Source of the DNA: an uncultured virus (IMG/VR IMGVR_UViG_3300044624_001347)
Lineage: Duplodnaviria; Heunggongvirae; Uroviricota; Caudoviricetes
Virus record (IMG/VR): IMGVR_UViG_3300044624_001347
Strand: one strand, 5' to 3'
Length of the DNA: 64,000 nt
The position numbers were made by a program, and so were the translations under genes. Positions 28,597 to 38,164 of this stretch are shown piece after piece. Within the stretch, counting starts at the first letter, position 1; each line of letters opens with the position of its first letter. The notes under the pieces were generated by a model. It saw nothing but the letters and a program-made list of their open reading frames with translations, searched no databases and was not told the DNA's origin.

Positions 28597-29675
28597 TGTC
28601 CACAATTCAAGCTAGCAACATCAAGTCTGCCGCCTCTGCGAGCAACAACATTGTCCTCGACGCCTCGGGCAACGCGACGTTCGCTGGCACTGCGGCGATG
28701 GCGAGCAGCTTCCTGCGGAACCGCATCATCAATGGGGACATGCGGATCGACCAGCGGAATGCTGGGGCGAGCGTGACAGTCAACACTGGGAACCAGACCT
28801 TTTCGGTGGACCGTTGGTGGGCGCAAGGCACGGCTTCATCCGGCGTTTTCACTATTCAGCGTTCCACTGTTGCGCCCGCTGGTTTTAGCAACTCCCTGTT
28901 GGTTACTGTCACCACGGCAGACAGTAGCCTTGCGGCAAACGACCTCTACGACATTGCTCAGTTCATCGAGGGCTTCAACGTATCCGACCTTGGGTTCGGC
29001 ACCGCGTCGGCCCAGACTATCACGTTGTCCTTCTGGGTTCGGTCTAGCGTGACCGGGACATACGGCGGCGCTCTGGGCAACAATGCCGGGAATAGGGGCT
29101 ACCCGTTCACCTATTCGATCTCTGCCGCCAACACCTGGGAATACAAGACTGTCACCATCGCTGGCGATACATCTGGAACGTGGACGACGGACAACACTAT
29201 CGGCCTGCGGGCCTATTTCGGCCTCGGTGTCGGCTCTACGTTCAGCGGCACAGCCGGTTCGTGGTCAAGCAGTTTTCCCTTGTCTGCGACCGGTGCGACC
29301 AACCTCATGGCAACCAACGGCGCGACCTTCTACCTGACCGGCGTCCAACTCGAAGTCGGCACCGTCGCCACGCCGTTTGAACGCAGGCAGTTCGGGCAGG
29401 AACTGGCGCTGTGCCAGAGGTATTATCAAGTGCTACTTGAGCAGTTGGTTTATGAGGGAACGGTTAATGGGGGCGCCAACCCAATTAATAATATAGCCTT
29501 CCCAGTACCAATGAGGTCTTCCCCAACTGCTTCACTCACACCTCTTGGAGGCAGCAACGCATCCGCCTTGTTGGTGAACACTGTAAATGCGACAACGCTC
29601 AGAGTTCAGTGTACGGCACTTGCAACAGGAAGTGCATTCTTCGTCTACAATGTTGGCATTGCAGCGGAACTTTGA
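28596..29675 (+). CDS. Tail fibre/receptor-binding protein (paralog B)
   Basis: SSFLRNRIINGDMRIDQR and GVQLEVGTVATPFERR...LCQRYY. Confidence 0.8.
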   Translation: MSTIQASNIKSAASASNNIVLDASGNATFAGTAAMASSFLRNRIINGDMRIDQRNAGASVTVNTGNQTFSVDRWWAQGTASSGVFTIQRSTVAPAGFSNSLLVTVTTADSSLAANDLYDIAQFIEGFNVSDLGFGTASAQTITLSFWVRSSVTGTYGGALGNNAGNRGYPFTYSISAANTWEYKTVTIAGDTSGTWTTDNTIGLRAYFGLGVGSTFSGTAGSWSSSFPLSATGATNLMATNGATFYLTGVQLEVGTVATPFERRQFGQELALCQRYYQVLLEQLVYEGTVNGGANPINNIAFPVPMRSSPTASLTPLGGSNASALLVNTVNATTLRVQCTALATGSAFFVYNVGIAAEL

Positions 29676-29678
29676 TCC

Positions 29679-29849
29679 ATGTACACCAACGCTCAATACA
29701 TAGCCTTCAATGGCGTCAACACCAGCATCCGCTGTGACATTGACGGCGTGACCTCGTTCGTGCCGCTCGACCCTGCGAACACCGACTACCAGAACCTGCT
29801 TCGGCTTCAGGAGGAGGGTGAGATCGTGATTGCCCCTGCTGACGCATGA
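29679..29849 (+). CDS. Small tail-fibre partner/chaperone B (56 aa, below the ORF-track cutoff)
   Basis: Translated by hand: MYTNAQY...FVPLDPANTDYQNLLRLQEEGEIVIAPADA; paralog of 27533-27712. Confidence 0.75.
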   Translation: MYTNAQYIAFNGVNTSIRCDIDGVTSFVPLDPANTDYQNLLRLQEEGEIVIAPADA

Positions 29850-30475
29850 AGAGCAACTTCTACGTTTACGAGCATTGGCGCCCGGACAGGGGCGAGTGCT
29901 TCTACGTCGGCAAAGGTCGAGGCCGCAGGGCCAACATCATGAAGCGCCGCAACAAGCACCACAAAGCCATTCAGGAGAAGCTGGCTAGGCTCGGAATGTG
30001 CGTTGAGGTCAAGATAGTGGGACACGGCCTTTCTGAAGACGAGGCTTTTGAGCTAGAGAAAAAGAGAATTGCTTTTTGGCGGTCGGAGAACTGCGATCTC
30101 GCCAACATGACTGATGGTGGAGAAGGAACCACTGGGCACAAGCCCGTGATAACTTCTGAATGGCGAGCAAAGCTATCTGCTGCGAAAAAGGGGAAAAGCA
30201 ACTACAAGCTGGTGATGGCTTCTGCGGCGGCAAAACGCGGCAAGCCGCATACCCCTGAACATCGGGCCGCTATTAGTGCTGCCGCCAAAGAAAGGTTCAA
30301 AGACCCAGCCGTTAGAGAAAAATTCCGTCTATGCTCGGTGGGTAAGATCGTGTCTGAGGAAAGCCGCAAGAAGATGTCCGACGCTGCAAAGGCAAGGCGC
30401 CAAAGAGAGAAGGCCCTGGCTCTGGTAGCGGCTGGTGAGCTTACTATTGCTCCTGCCGATTCTGCTGGGGGATAA
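29846..30475 (+). CDS. GIY-YIG-like homing endonuclease with NUMOD3-like repeats
   Basis: FYVYEH...FYVGKG...EDEAFELE...LANMTDGGEG; RAKLSAAKKGK, HTPEHRAAIS, SEESRKKMS. Confidence 0.85.
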   Translation: MKSNFYVYEHWRPDRGECFYVGKGRGRRANIMKRRNKHHKAIQEKLARLGMCVEVKIVGHGLSEDEAFELEKKRIAFWRSENCDLANMTDGGEGTTGHKPVITSEWRAKLSAAKKGKSNYKLVMASAAAKRGKPHTPEHRAAISAAAKERFKDPAVREKFRLCSVGKIVSEESRKKMSDAAKARRQREKALALVAAGELTIAPADSAGG

Positions 30476-30481
30476 AGACGG

Positions 30482-31198
30482 GTGTTTGGCTTCTACCCAT
30501 TCAGCGGCGCTTCGTTCAGTGGGCTAGCCAACGCCTTCTATGCCGAGAGTGTGTCTGACGCCATTGTCCTGACGGATGCTGCCAACAGCACCCTGTCGGG
30601 TGTTGCCGCCGCGTCGGACACCCTCGTGCTGTCTGACGTGACGAACGGCAGCCTCAGCATGCTGGCGAGCGCGTCCGACGCCATCGTCCTGTTCGACTTT
30701 GCGGCCAAGGCCCCGAACTGGTTCGCGGCGGCGTCCGATACCCTGACCCTGACCGACTCTGCGGCCATAAGCTATAATTTCCTGGGGGCAGCATCTGACA
30801 CGATAACTCTTACGGACTCCTCGACGGGCGGCTTTGCCTTCTTGGAGAGCGTGTCGGACTCCATCACCTTTGCAGAGACGGCGGTTGGCAGCTTTGCCGC
30901 ATCGGTAAGCGCATCTGACAACATTGTCCTGACAGACGCCGGGGCCGGTATTTTAGCTATGTCGCTGTCGGCATCCGACACCATAGTCCTGACGGACACT
31001 GCGGCAAATATCGCTGGCATGGTTGCGTTTGCCTCGGATACAATCACCCTCGTAGATGTTGGGGCAGGATACGGAGGGTGGGACCCGATACCGAACCCGA
31101 ACCCAGGCTGGTCTCCGGTGATTGGCCCAGGGGTCATAAATATCTGGAACGACCTTCCTTCGGCTACGGCAACCTGGACCCCTATAGGAAACAGCTAG
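30482..31198 (+). CDS. Virion protein with 20-aa tandem repeats
   Basis: MFGFYPFS start; about 9 repeats of SD(T/A)IxL(T)D. Confidence 0.75.
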   Translation: MFGFYPFSGASFSGLANAFYAESVSDAIVLTDAANSTLSGVAAASDTLVLSDVTNGSLSMLASASDAIVLFDFAAKAPNWFAAASDTLTLTDSAAISYNFLGAASDTITLTDSSTGGFAFLESVSDSITFAETAVGSFAASVSASDNIVLTDAGAGILAMSLSASDTIVLTDTAANIAGMVAFASDTITLVDVGAGYGGWDPIPNPNPGWSPVIGPGVINIWNDLPSATATWTPIGNS

Positions 31199-31747
31199 AT
31201 GAGCATTAAAGACACCCTCCGAGTCGTGGATGAGGCCGCAGCCGGGCTATCTATGGGGCATTCTGCCCAGGACAGCATCGAGGTGAAGGGCTCCTTCAAG
31301 GTGATCTGCCGAGCCGCTGATGGCTCCGTTCGCTGGGAAGATGAACTCTCGAACCTTGTCGTGACGGTCGGCAAGAACGACCTCTTCGACCAGTATTTCC
31401 GTGGCTCGTCCTACACGGCGGCTCACTTCGTCGGCCTCAAGACGGCTGGCTCTATCAGTGCCGCCGACACGATGTCCTCGAAGTCGTGGACCGAGATCAC
31501 GGTTTACTCCAACGCAACTCGCCCCACCTACACGGCTGGTGTGGCTGTGGCTGGCTCGACCGACAACACGGCGTCTCCTGCTGTCTTCAACATCAACGGC
31601 ACGGCGACGGTGGGCGGCTGCTTCATCAGCACGAACAGCACGATTGGCGGCACGACGGGCATTCTGTTCTCTGCGACGGACTTTGCCACCGCTCGTAGCG
31701 TTCTGAGCGGCGACACGCTGACCGTCACCTACACCATTTCCTGCTGA
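31199..31747 (+). CDS. Tail-associated structural protein
   Basis: NLVVTVGKN...GILFSA..F...VLSGDTLTVTY. Confidence 0.75.
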   Translation: MSIKDTLRVVDEAAAGLSMGHSAQDSIEVKGSFKVICRAADGSVRWEDELSNLVVTVGKNDLFDQYFRGSSYTAAHFVGLKTAGSISAADTMSSKSWTEITVYSNATRPTYTAGVAVAGSTDNTASPAVFNINGTATVGGCFISTNSTIGGTTGILFSATDFATARSVLSGDTLTVTYTISC

Positions 31748-31757
31748 GGTAGGGTAG

Positions 31758-32873
31758 ATGCCCAGTACATATTCGCCAGCCCTACGGCTTGAGCTTATCG
31801 GCAACGGTGAGCAGGCCGCGAACTGGGGCAACACAACGAATACCAACCTGGGCTCCCTGGTTGAGCAAGCGGTTACTGGCGTTGCCAGCATTGCGATGCT
31901 CGATGCCAACTACACGTTGGTCAGCGGTAACGGCGTTACGGACGAAGCGCGCAATGCTGTGCTGGTGATGACCGGCACCCTGACCGCAACTCGCAACGTG
32001 GTCGTGCCGACGAGCAACAAGTTCTATGCCGTCCGGAATGCGACCACGGGCAGTCAGAGCATTGTGGTGAAGACTGCTGCTGGCACGGGCGTCACGCTCG
32101 CCAACGGCTTCACCCAGCTTATGTACTGCGACGGGACGAACGTTGTACTGGCGTCCATCCCCATCAACGCCACCAACGGGAACGTCTCTGTTTCTGGGGC
32201 GGCATCCATTGCTGGCAACACGACGATTGGCGGCAACCTTGCCGTCACTGGCACTATCACTGTCGCTGGCGGCGATATCATTCCTGCTGGCGTAATCTGG
32301 GAGTATGGTGGCGCTGCGGCCCCGACTGGCTGGCTTCTTTGCAACGGCGCTGCTGTTAGCCGCACGACCTATGCGGCGCTCTTTGCCATCATCGGCACGG
32401 CCTACGGCAACGGTGATGGGTCCACCACATTCAACGTTCCAGACCGGCGCGACCGCGTTGGTGTTGGGGCAGGATCAAGCTATTCTCGGGGGCAGACCGG
32501 CGGTGCAGTTACTGCCACCACCAGCACGGATGGCGCGCACAACCATACCGGCAACACTGGCGGCACGACGCTCACGGTTGCTCAGATTCCAGCCCACCAG
32601 CACACCGGCAGCACTTCTACCATTGGGGATCACGTCCACAGCATTGGGCCTGTTCTCCTCTCTGGCGTTGGGTTTGGCTTCAGCGGCAGCCAGGGCGTGT
32701 CTGGAACGACATCTTCCACAAATGCTGCTGGCGCTCACAGCCATACTTTCACGACCAATGCGGCTGGCGGCAGTGAAGTTCACAGCCACACCATCACTAC
32801 GGATGGGTCGCACAACCACACGGTTTCGACGCTTCAGCCCTACCTAGCTTCGACCTTCATCATCAAGACCTAA
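31758..32873 (+). CDS. Tail fibre with tail-collar domain
   Basis: [40 protein letters not shown]; HxH repeats; LQPY. Confidence 0.88.
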   Translation: MPSTYSPALRLELIGNGEQAANWGNTTNTNLGSLVEQAVTGVASIAMLDANYTLVSGNGVTDEARNAVLVMTGTLTATRNVVVPTSNKFYAVRNATTGSQSIVVKTAAGTGVTLANGFTQLMYCDGTNVVLASIPINATNGNVSVSGAASIAGNTTIGGNLAVTGTITVAGGDIIPAGVIWEYGGAAAPTGWLLCNGAAVSRTTYAALFAIIGTAYGNGDGSTTFNVPDRRDRVGVGAGSSYSRGQTGGAVTATTSTDGAHNHTGNTGGTTLTVAQIPAHQHTGSTSTIGDHVHSIGPVLLSGVGFGFSGSQGVSGTTSSTNAAGAHSHTFTTNAAGGSEVHSHTITTDGSHNHTVSTLQPYLASTFIIKT

Positions 32874-32874
32874 C

Positions 32875-34959
32875 ATGCCACTCACCAAGCTCCAGTTTGC
32901 ACCGGGGGTCATGCACGACGGGTCTCGGTACTCAACGTCCGGGGCTTGGTCTGACTCTGACAAGGTGCGCTTCCGCTCGAACTTCCCTGAGAAGATTGGA
33001 GGGTGGCAGCGCGCCACCTTGCAGGCGTTTATGGGCACGGCTCGCAACCTGTTCCCATTCTCTGATCTGACGGGCAGCTACTTCCTGGGGATCGGCACAA
33101 ACCTCAAGTACTACATCGAGCGGGGCGGCTCTCTCTACGACATCACGCCGATCAGAGACACAATCACGCAGAGCAACCCATTCTCAACCACGAGTGGCTC
33201 AACGACGGTCGTTGTGACGATCCCTAATCATGGGGCGTTCCAGAATGATTTCGTGACTTTCTCTGGGGCGAGTGCTGTCGGCGGTCTTACCCTGAATGGT
33301 GAGTTTCAGATTACCGATGTGTTGACATCGGCCACATTCACCATCACTGCCGCATCTGCTGCTTCATCCACAGCGACTGGCGGCGGTTCTGTAACTGCCG
33401 TTTTCCAGCTTAATACAGGGCTAGACACAACTCTCTATGCGAACGGCTGGGGCGCTGGGACCTGGGGCGGCATTCTGCCCGGAACCAGTGTTACATTCAC
33501 GGGCTCTATTAGCAGCACGACGCTAACCGTTTCTGCGATCTCGTCTGGAACTCTAGCCGCCGGTCAGTTGGTCACCGGGACTGGCGTATCGGCTAGCCCA
33601 CCGGGCTCTCTTGCAACCTACATCACGGCACAGCTAACCGGGCCAACTGGCGGCGTTGGCACCTACACGGTCAGCGTGTCGCAGACTGTCTCGTCCACCA
33701 CGATGTTTGCCTTCACGGGCACGGGCTGGGGCGCTGCTTCCAACACTCAGGTTGCAGGAACGCGACTGAGGCTATGGTCTGCGGATAACTTTGGGCAGAA
33801 CCTTGTCATCAATCCGCGTGATGCGGCCATCTATTACTGGGCAAACTCTGGCGGGCTTGGCTCCAGAGCGGTGCTTCTGTCGTCCCTTGGCGGCGCGTCT
33901 GATGTCCCATCGGTTGCGCGACAGATCATCGTCTCCGATCTCGACCGCAAGGTGATCGCCTTTGGCTGCTCTGACATTGTGACCAATGTTCAGGATCGTC
34001 TTTTGATTCGTTGGTCTGATACGGAGAACCCTGCTGTCTGGACTCCACTGGAAACCAACTCTGCTGGCGGTATTCGCATTCCTACCGGCTCTGAGTTTGT
34101 GTCTGCCATCGAGACCAAGCAGGAGATTCTTGTTTGGACCGACGATGCGCTGCACTCCTTGCGCTACATCGGCGCTCCTTTTGAGTACTCAATTGCGCGT
34201 ATTGCCCTGACTTCCCTTCTTGCTCCCCAGGCCGTTGTGTCCGCAAACGACGTGACGTTCTGGATGGGGCAGAATGGATTCTTCCAGTACGACGGTCGCG
34301 CGATTGGCCTGCCCTGCTCGGTCAAGGATTTTGTCTTCAACGACATCAACCTGAACCAAGCCGAGAAGATCACGGCTGGCAGCAACATGGCGTTCAATGA
34401 GGTGTGGTGGTTCTACCCATCTGCCAACTCAAGCGAGAACGACCGCTACGTTGTCTATAACTACAACGAGCGCGTTTGGAGTGTGGGTACAATTGTTCGC
34501 ACGGCCTGGATTGATCGCAGCATTGAGGACTTTCCTCGTGCGGCATCTGTCGATGGCTACGTCTATTTCCATGAGATTGGGCAGGATGATGGCTCTACCA
34601 ATCCGCCGTCTCCGATTCTCGCATACATTGAAAGCTCTCCCGTCGAGATTGGGCAGGGCGATCAGTTTGGCTTTGCGTGGCGCATGATCCCTGACCTGGA
34701 CTTCAGGAACAGTTCTGCCCCTAATCCAACGGTGAACTTCATCCTGGAGACGCAAGACTTCTCTGGCTCCAACTTCAACCAGTTTGCCAACAACAACACG
34801 ACCCTGACAGCAACGCTGCCTATCGCTCAGTTCACGGACCAGACCTACTTCCGTCTAAGGGGCCGCATGTTGACGCTGCGAGTGCAGAGTGAAGAGGTCG
34901 GCGTTGCTTGGCGCCTGGGCGTTCCGCGTGTCGATATCCGGACGGATGGCCGTCGATGA
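32875..34959 (+). CDS. Tail tube/stabilisation protein (podovirus nozzle-like)
   Basis: [34 protein letters not shown]-terminal DGRR. Confidence 0.7.
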   Translation: MPLTKLQFAPGVMHDGSRYSTSGAWSDSDKVRFRSNFPEKIGGWQRATLQAFMGTARNLFPFSDLTGSYFLGIGTNLKYYIERGGSLYDITPIRDTITQSNPFSTTSGSTTVVVTIPNHGAFQNDFVTFSGASAVGGLTLNGEFQITDVLTSATFTITAASAASSTATGGGSVTAVFQLNTGLDTTLYANGWGAGTWGGILPGTSVTFTGSISSTTLTVSAISSGTLAAGQLVTGTGVSASPPGSLATYITAQLTGPTGGVGTYTVSVSQTVSSTTMFAFTGTGWGAASNTQVAGTRLRLWSADNFGQNLVINPRDAAIYYWANSGGLGSRAVLLSSLGGASDVPSVARQIIVSDLDRKVIAFGCSDIVTNVQDRLLIRWSDTENPAVWTPLETNSAGGIRIPTGSEFVSAIETKQEILVWTDDALHSLRYIGAPFEYSIARIALTSLLAPQAVVSANDVTFWMGQNGFFQYDGRAIGLPCSVKDFVFNDINLNQAEKITAGSNMAFNEVWWFYPSANSSENDRYVVYNYNERVWSVGTIVRTAWIDRSIEDFPRAASVDGYVYFHEIGQDDGSTNPPSPILAYIESSPVEIGQGDQFGFAWRMIPDLDFRNSSAPNPTVNFILETQDFSGSNFNQFANNNTTLTATLPIAQFTDQTYFRLRGRMLTLRVQSEEVGVAWRLGVPRVDIRTDGRR

Positions 34960-35528
34960 TTGGCAGGACGCGCCTACCCACTCCCACGATTGATTATAAC
35001 TACGAGTGGGGCAACCAGCTTACGCGGGCGATTGACCAGAACCTTGATCGCGCGTTTCTTGGATTCCCCAATTACGCAGAGGCGAGTGGGTTTTACGGGT
35101 CTTTCTTTGACACGACGACCCAGACCGCTGCTGCTGCCAATACAGCCTATGCCATGACTCTGAACACCACGTCAGAGTCAAACCAGATTTCTGTTATTAG
35201 CGGCAGTCGGATAACCTTCAAGAATCGCGGCACATACAATGTGCAGTTCTCGGCCCAGGTGGACCAGACATCGGGCTCCAACCATTCCGTTTTCATTTGG
35301 CTGAGAAAGAACGGAACTGACGTTCCAAACTCTACCAGCAAGGTCACCATACAAGGCCAGCAGAGCGAGCTTGTCCCTGCCTGGAACTTCGTCGTGACGG
35401 TGCTTGGCGGGGACTACGTTCAGATTATGTGGGCAGTATCCGACACTGCTGTTAGATTGATAGCAGAACCGGCCACTGCCTTTTGTCCTGCTATCCCTTC
35501 TGTGATAGCCACAGCGGTGTCGATCTGA
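34956..35528 (+). CDS. Tail-associated protein
   Basis: [10 protein letters not shown]...[13 protein letters not shown]...AWNF...PAIPSVI. Confidence 0.65.
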   Translation: MIGRTRLPTPTIDYNYEWGNQLTRAIDQNLDRAFLGFPNYAEASGFYGSFFDTTTQTAAAANTAYAMTLNTTSESNQISVISGSRITFKNRGTYNVQFSAQVDQTSGSNHSVFIWLRKNGTDVPNSTSKVTIQGQQSELVPAWNFVVTVLGGDYVQIMWAVSDTAVRLIAEPATAFCPAIPSVIATAVSI

Positions 35529-35539
35529 GGATATAGCTC

Positions 35540-36775
35540 ATGCGCGATGCAGCCCGTCACCTTGCCAGCTATGGCCGAAACGGCGACGACATGCTGGTGC
35601 ATGTCAGCCGCAAGGAACTTCAGGGCATTCGGGCTCTGACGGGCCGGGACTTCACGCGCAATCCAGACACGGGCCTGCCGGAAGCCTTCAACTTTGCCAA
35701 CCTTTTGCCCATCGCGGCGGGCATTGGCGCTAGCGTCCTGACGGGCGGCGCCGCTCTTCCTGCGGCGCTGGCCGCTGGCGCAACGAGTGCTGGTGTTTCT
35801 GCCGCTCAGGGCGCTTCTGCCCAGCAGGCTCTGACGCAGGGCCTTATCAGCGGCGCGACTTCCTATGCTGGTGGACAGCTTCTGTCTGGTGTGGGGGAGG
35901 CGGCTGGGGCCGCTGCCGCACCGGCCACTGGGTCCATTGCGCCCAATGCCATTGATGCGGCTGGGAGCTTGCAGGCTGCGGAAGCGATTGCGGCTGCGAA
36001 TCCGGGTGCCGTCGCCGGTTCCTCCACGGTGCCGCTCACAACGCCTCCAAGTTTTATGGACACGATGAGTTCTCGTGCAGCGGACTTCGGCACGAGGCTA
36101 TCCAATATCGCCAGCGATCCTGGGGCGGCTGTTTCTCAGATCGGCACCAACATCGCAAACAGGCCGTTTCCTGCCCTTATCGCGGCTGGTGGCACGCTCA
36201 TGCAGGCCAACGACATGATGGGCGGTCAGCCTGCCATTCCTGGCGCCGCACCATACGACCCGAACCGCTACCCTGAGCAGTTCCCAACCAACCCCCGTCG
36301 CTTCACCCCACCGCCTGCTGGATATCGTCCTGGGGCAGGACCTGAGTTCAGGTACTTTGCCAAGGGCGGTCTTGCCTCCATGCGCCCCGAGGAAGGCTAT
36401 ACTGCCAACCTCATGAACGAGGCCAAGGCTGCGATCCTGGGCGAGCATCCTCGTCCGCGTGAGGCGCTTGAGCGGTTCCGGGAAAGCTTTGGTGATGACG
36501 CCCTGGCCCTACTGCGTGATCGCATGACGGGCGGTCGGGTCCGTGGGGCTGGTAGCGGCATGGACGATCTTGTCCCCGGCACCATCGAGGGCCGACAGAA
36601 GGTTCGCCTTGCTGACGGTGAGTTCGTGGTCCCGGCAGATGTCGTGTCTGGTTTGGGTGACGGCAGCACCGAGCATGGCGTGCGCCGCCTGCATGGTATG
36701 ATGGACAAGGTTCGCCAGGAGCGTACCGGCAAGAAGGCCCAGCCCAAGTCCATCGGCGGGAAGATTAGTCTGTGA
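35540..36775 (+). CDS. Putative internal virion/ejection protein
   Basis: GRNGDDMLVHV...NPDTGLPE; hydrophobic Gly/Ala stretch; LADGEFVVPADVVSGLGDGS. Confidence 0.7.
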   Translation: MRDAARHLASYGRNGDDMLVHVSRKELQGIRALTGRDFTRNPDTGLPEAFNFANLLPIAAGIGASVLTGGAALPAALAAGATSAGVSAAQGASAQQALTQGLISGATSYAGGQLLSGVGEAAGAAAAPATGSIAPNAIDAAGSLQAAEAIAAANPGAVAGSSTVPLTTPPSFMDTMSSRAADFGTRLSNIASDPGAAVSQIGTNIANRPFPALIAAGGTLMQANDMMGGQPAIPGAAPYDPNRYPEQFPTNPRRFTPPPAGYRPGAGPEFRYFAKGGLASMRPEEGYTANLMNEAKAAILGEHPRPREALERFRESFGDDALALLRDRMTGGRVRGAGSGMDDLVPGTIEGRQKVRLADGEFVVPADVVSGLGDGSTEHGVRRLHGMMDKVRQERTGKKAQPKSIGGKISL

Positions 36776-37185
36776 ATGTGAGCCTCGTCCCAGAGAGCCA
36801 CATTGATGGCGTCTGGGATTCTGTAAAAGAGTTTCTTATCCCTGCCGTTAAGGTGACCAACGGCAGGTATATGCTCTACGATGTGTATGTCGCCCTGAAG
36901 CGTGCCGACATGCAGCTTTGGATTGCCTTTGACGATGACCGTGAAATTAATGGCTGTGAAGTAACCTCGATTACGGATTATCCTTCACGGCGCGTTCTCA
37001 CGTCCCTGTTCACTGGGGGCAGAAACATCCGCCTTTGGAAGGACCCCTTGATGGGGGTCTTGGTCCGTTGGGCGGAAGATAATGAATGCACGGCTATCGA
37101 GGGCTATGGTAGAAAAGGCTGGCTCAAGATGCTCGATTCTTACGGGGTAAAGCAGGCCCTTATCATGTTCGAGAAGGACATCTGA
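36772..37185 (+). CDS. GNAT-like protein
   Basis: WAEDNECTAIEGYGRKGW motif; position among ejection genes. Confidence 0.55.
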   Translation: MNVSLVPESHIDGVWDSVKEFLIPAVKVTNGRYMLYDVYVALKRADMQLWIAFDDDREINGCEVTSITDYPSRRVLTSLFTGGRNIRLWKDPLMGVLVRWAEDNECTAIEGYGRKGWLKMLDSYGVKQALIMFEKDI

Positions 37186-37186
37186 C

Positions 37187-38155
37187 ATGGGCGGCAGTCG
37201 CGGCGGCGGCCCCACGCAAAGCACCACCTACACCTCCAACCTTCCTGAGTATGCGCGTCCATACTTTGAGCGGATGATGAGTAGGGCTGAGGGTGAGAGC
37301 AATCAGCCCTATGTGAGCTATGGCGGTCAGCGCATTGCTGGCTTTACTCCGGACGTTCAGCAGGGCTTTGGCATCACCCGCGACATTGCTGCCCGTGGAA
37401 CACCAGAGGCCGACGTGGCTGGTGGCATCCTGGGCGCGTCTGCAATGCGTGGTCTGGGCGCCAGCGACTACACGGCGGCCCCAATCCAGCAGCAGGCGTT
37501 TGGGCGAGAACAGGCCCAGCAGTACATGTCGCCCTACATGGATGAGGTTCTTGCTCGTCAGAAGTCTGCGGCAATCCGGGACTTTGATGAGGGCCGTCCG
37601 TCGCGCGAGACCCAGGCGATCAAGGCTGGCGCCTTTGGCGGATATCGTTCTGCCATCCAGGAAGGCGTTGCCCAGCGTGGCCTTGGCGAGCGTCTGTCCG
37701 ACATTGAGGCGGCTGGCCGACAGAAGGCGTTCGAGAACGCACAGACGCAGTTCGAGCGTGATCGCGCCGCATCTATGCAGGCCCAGGGGACGACCGAAGC
37801 ACAGCGTCTTGCTGCCGCTCAGTACGGATTGTCTGGGGCAGGACTTGGCTTGCAGGCTGGTCAGCAGTTTGGCCAGCTTGGCGCGCTGCGTCAGGGCCTT
37901 ACGATGCAGCAGGCTCAGGAGCTTCAGAAGCAGGGCGGCGTTCAGCAGCAGCAGGAGCAGCGCGAGCTTGATCTTGCGTATCAGGACTTCCTGAACCAGC
38001 GCGACTTCGACAAGCAGCAGATCAACTTCATGTCGAGCATCCTGCGTGGCATTCCCGTGCAGCCTCAACAGGTTGTTAACCAGTACGCCAATCCCAATCC
38101 GCTGGCTCAGTTCGGCGGTCTGGGGATCGCTGGCCTTGGTCTGTTGCGTTCCTAG
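37187..38155 (+). CDS. Putative DNA ejection/pilot protein
   Basis: Gln/Ala-rich; YMSPY, AGAFGG.R, QQRELD..YQDF. Confidence 0.7.
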   Translation: MGGSRGGGPTQSTTYTSNLPEYARPYFERMMSRAEGESNQPYVSYGGQRIAGFTPDVQQGFGITRDIAARGTPEADVAGGILGASAMRGLGASDYTAAPIQQQAFGREQAQQYMSPYMDEVLARQKSAAIRDFDEGRPSRETQAIKAGAFGGYRSAIQEGVAQRGLGERLSDIEAAGRQKAFENAQTQFERDRAASMQAQGTTEAQRLAAAQYGLSGAGLGLQAGQQFGQLGALRQGLTMQQAQELQKQGGVQQQQEQRELDLAYQDFLNQRDFDKQQINFMSSILRGIPVQPQQVVNQYANPNPLAQFGGLGIAGLGLLRS

Positions 38156-38164
38156 GGGGTCTAG

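Noticed and set aside
26367..29675. Diversity-generating retroelement (VR/TR pair)
   Set aside because: No reverse transcriptase is recognisable, and the paralog differences are not adenine-specific.
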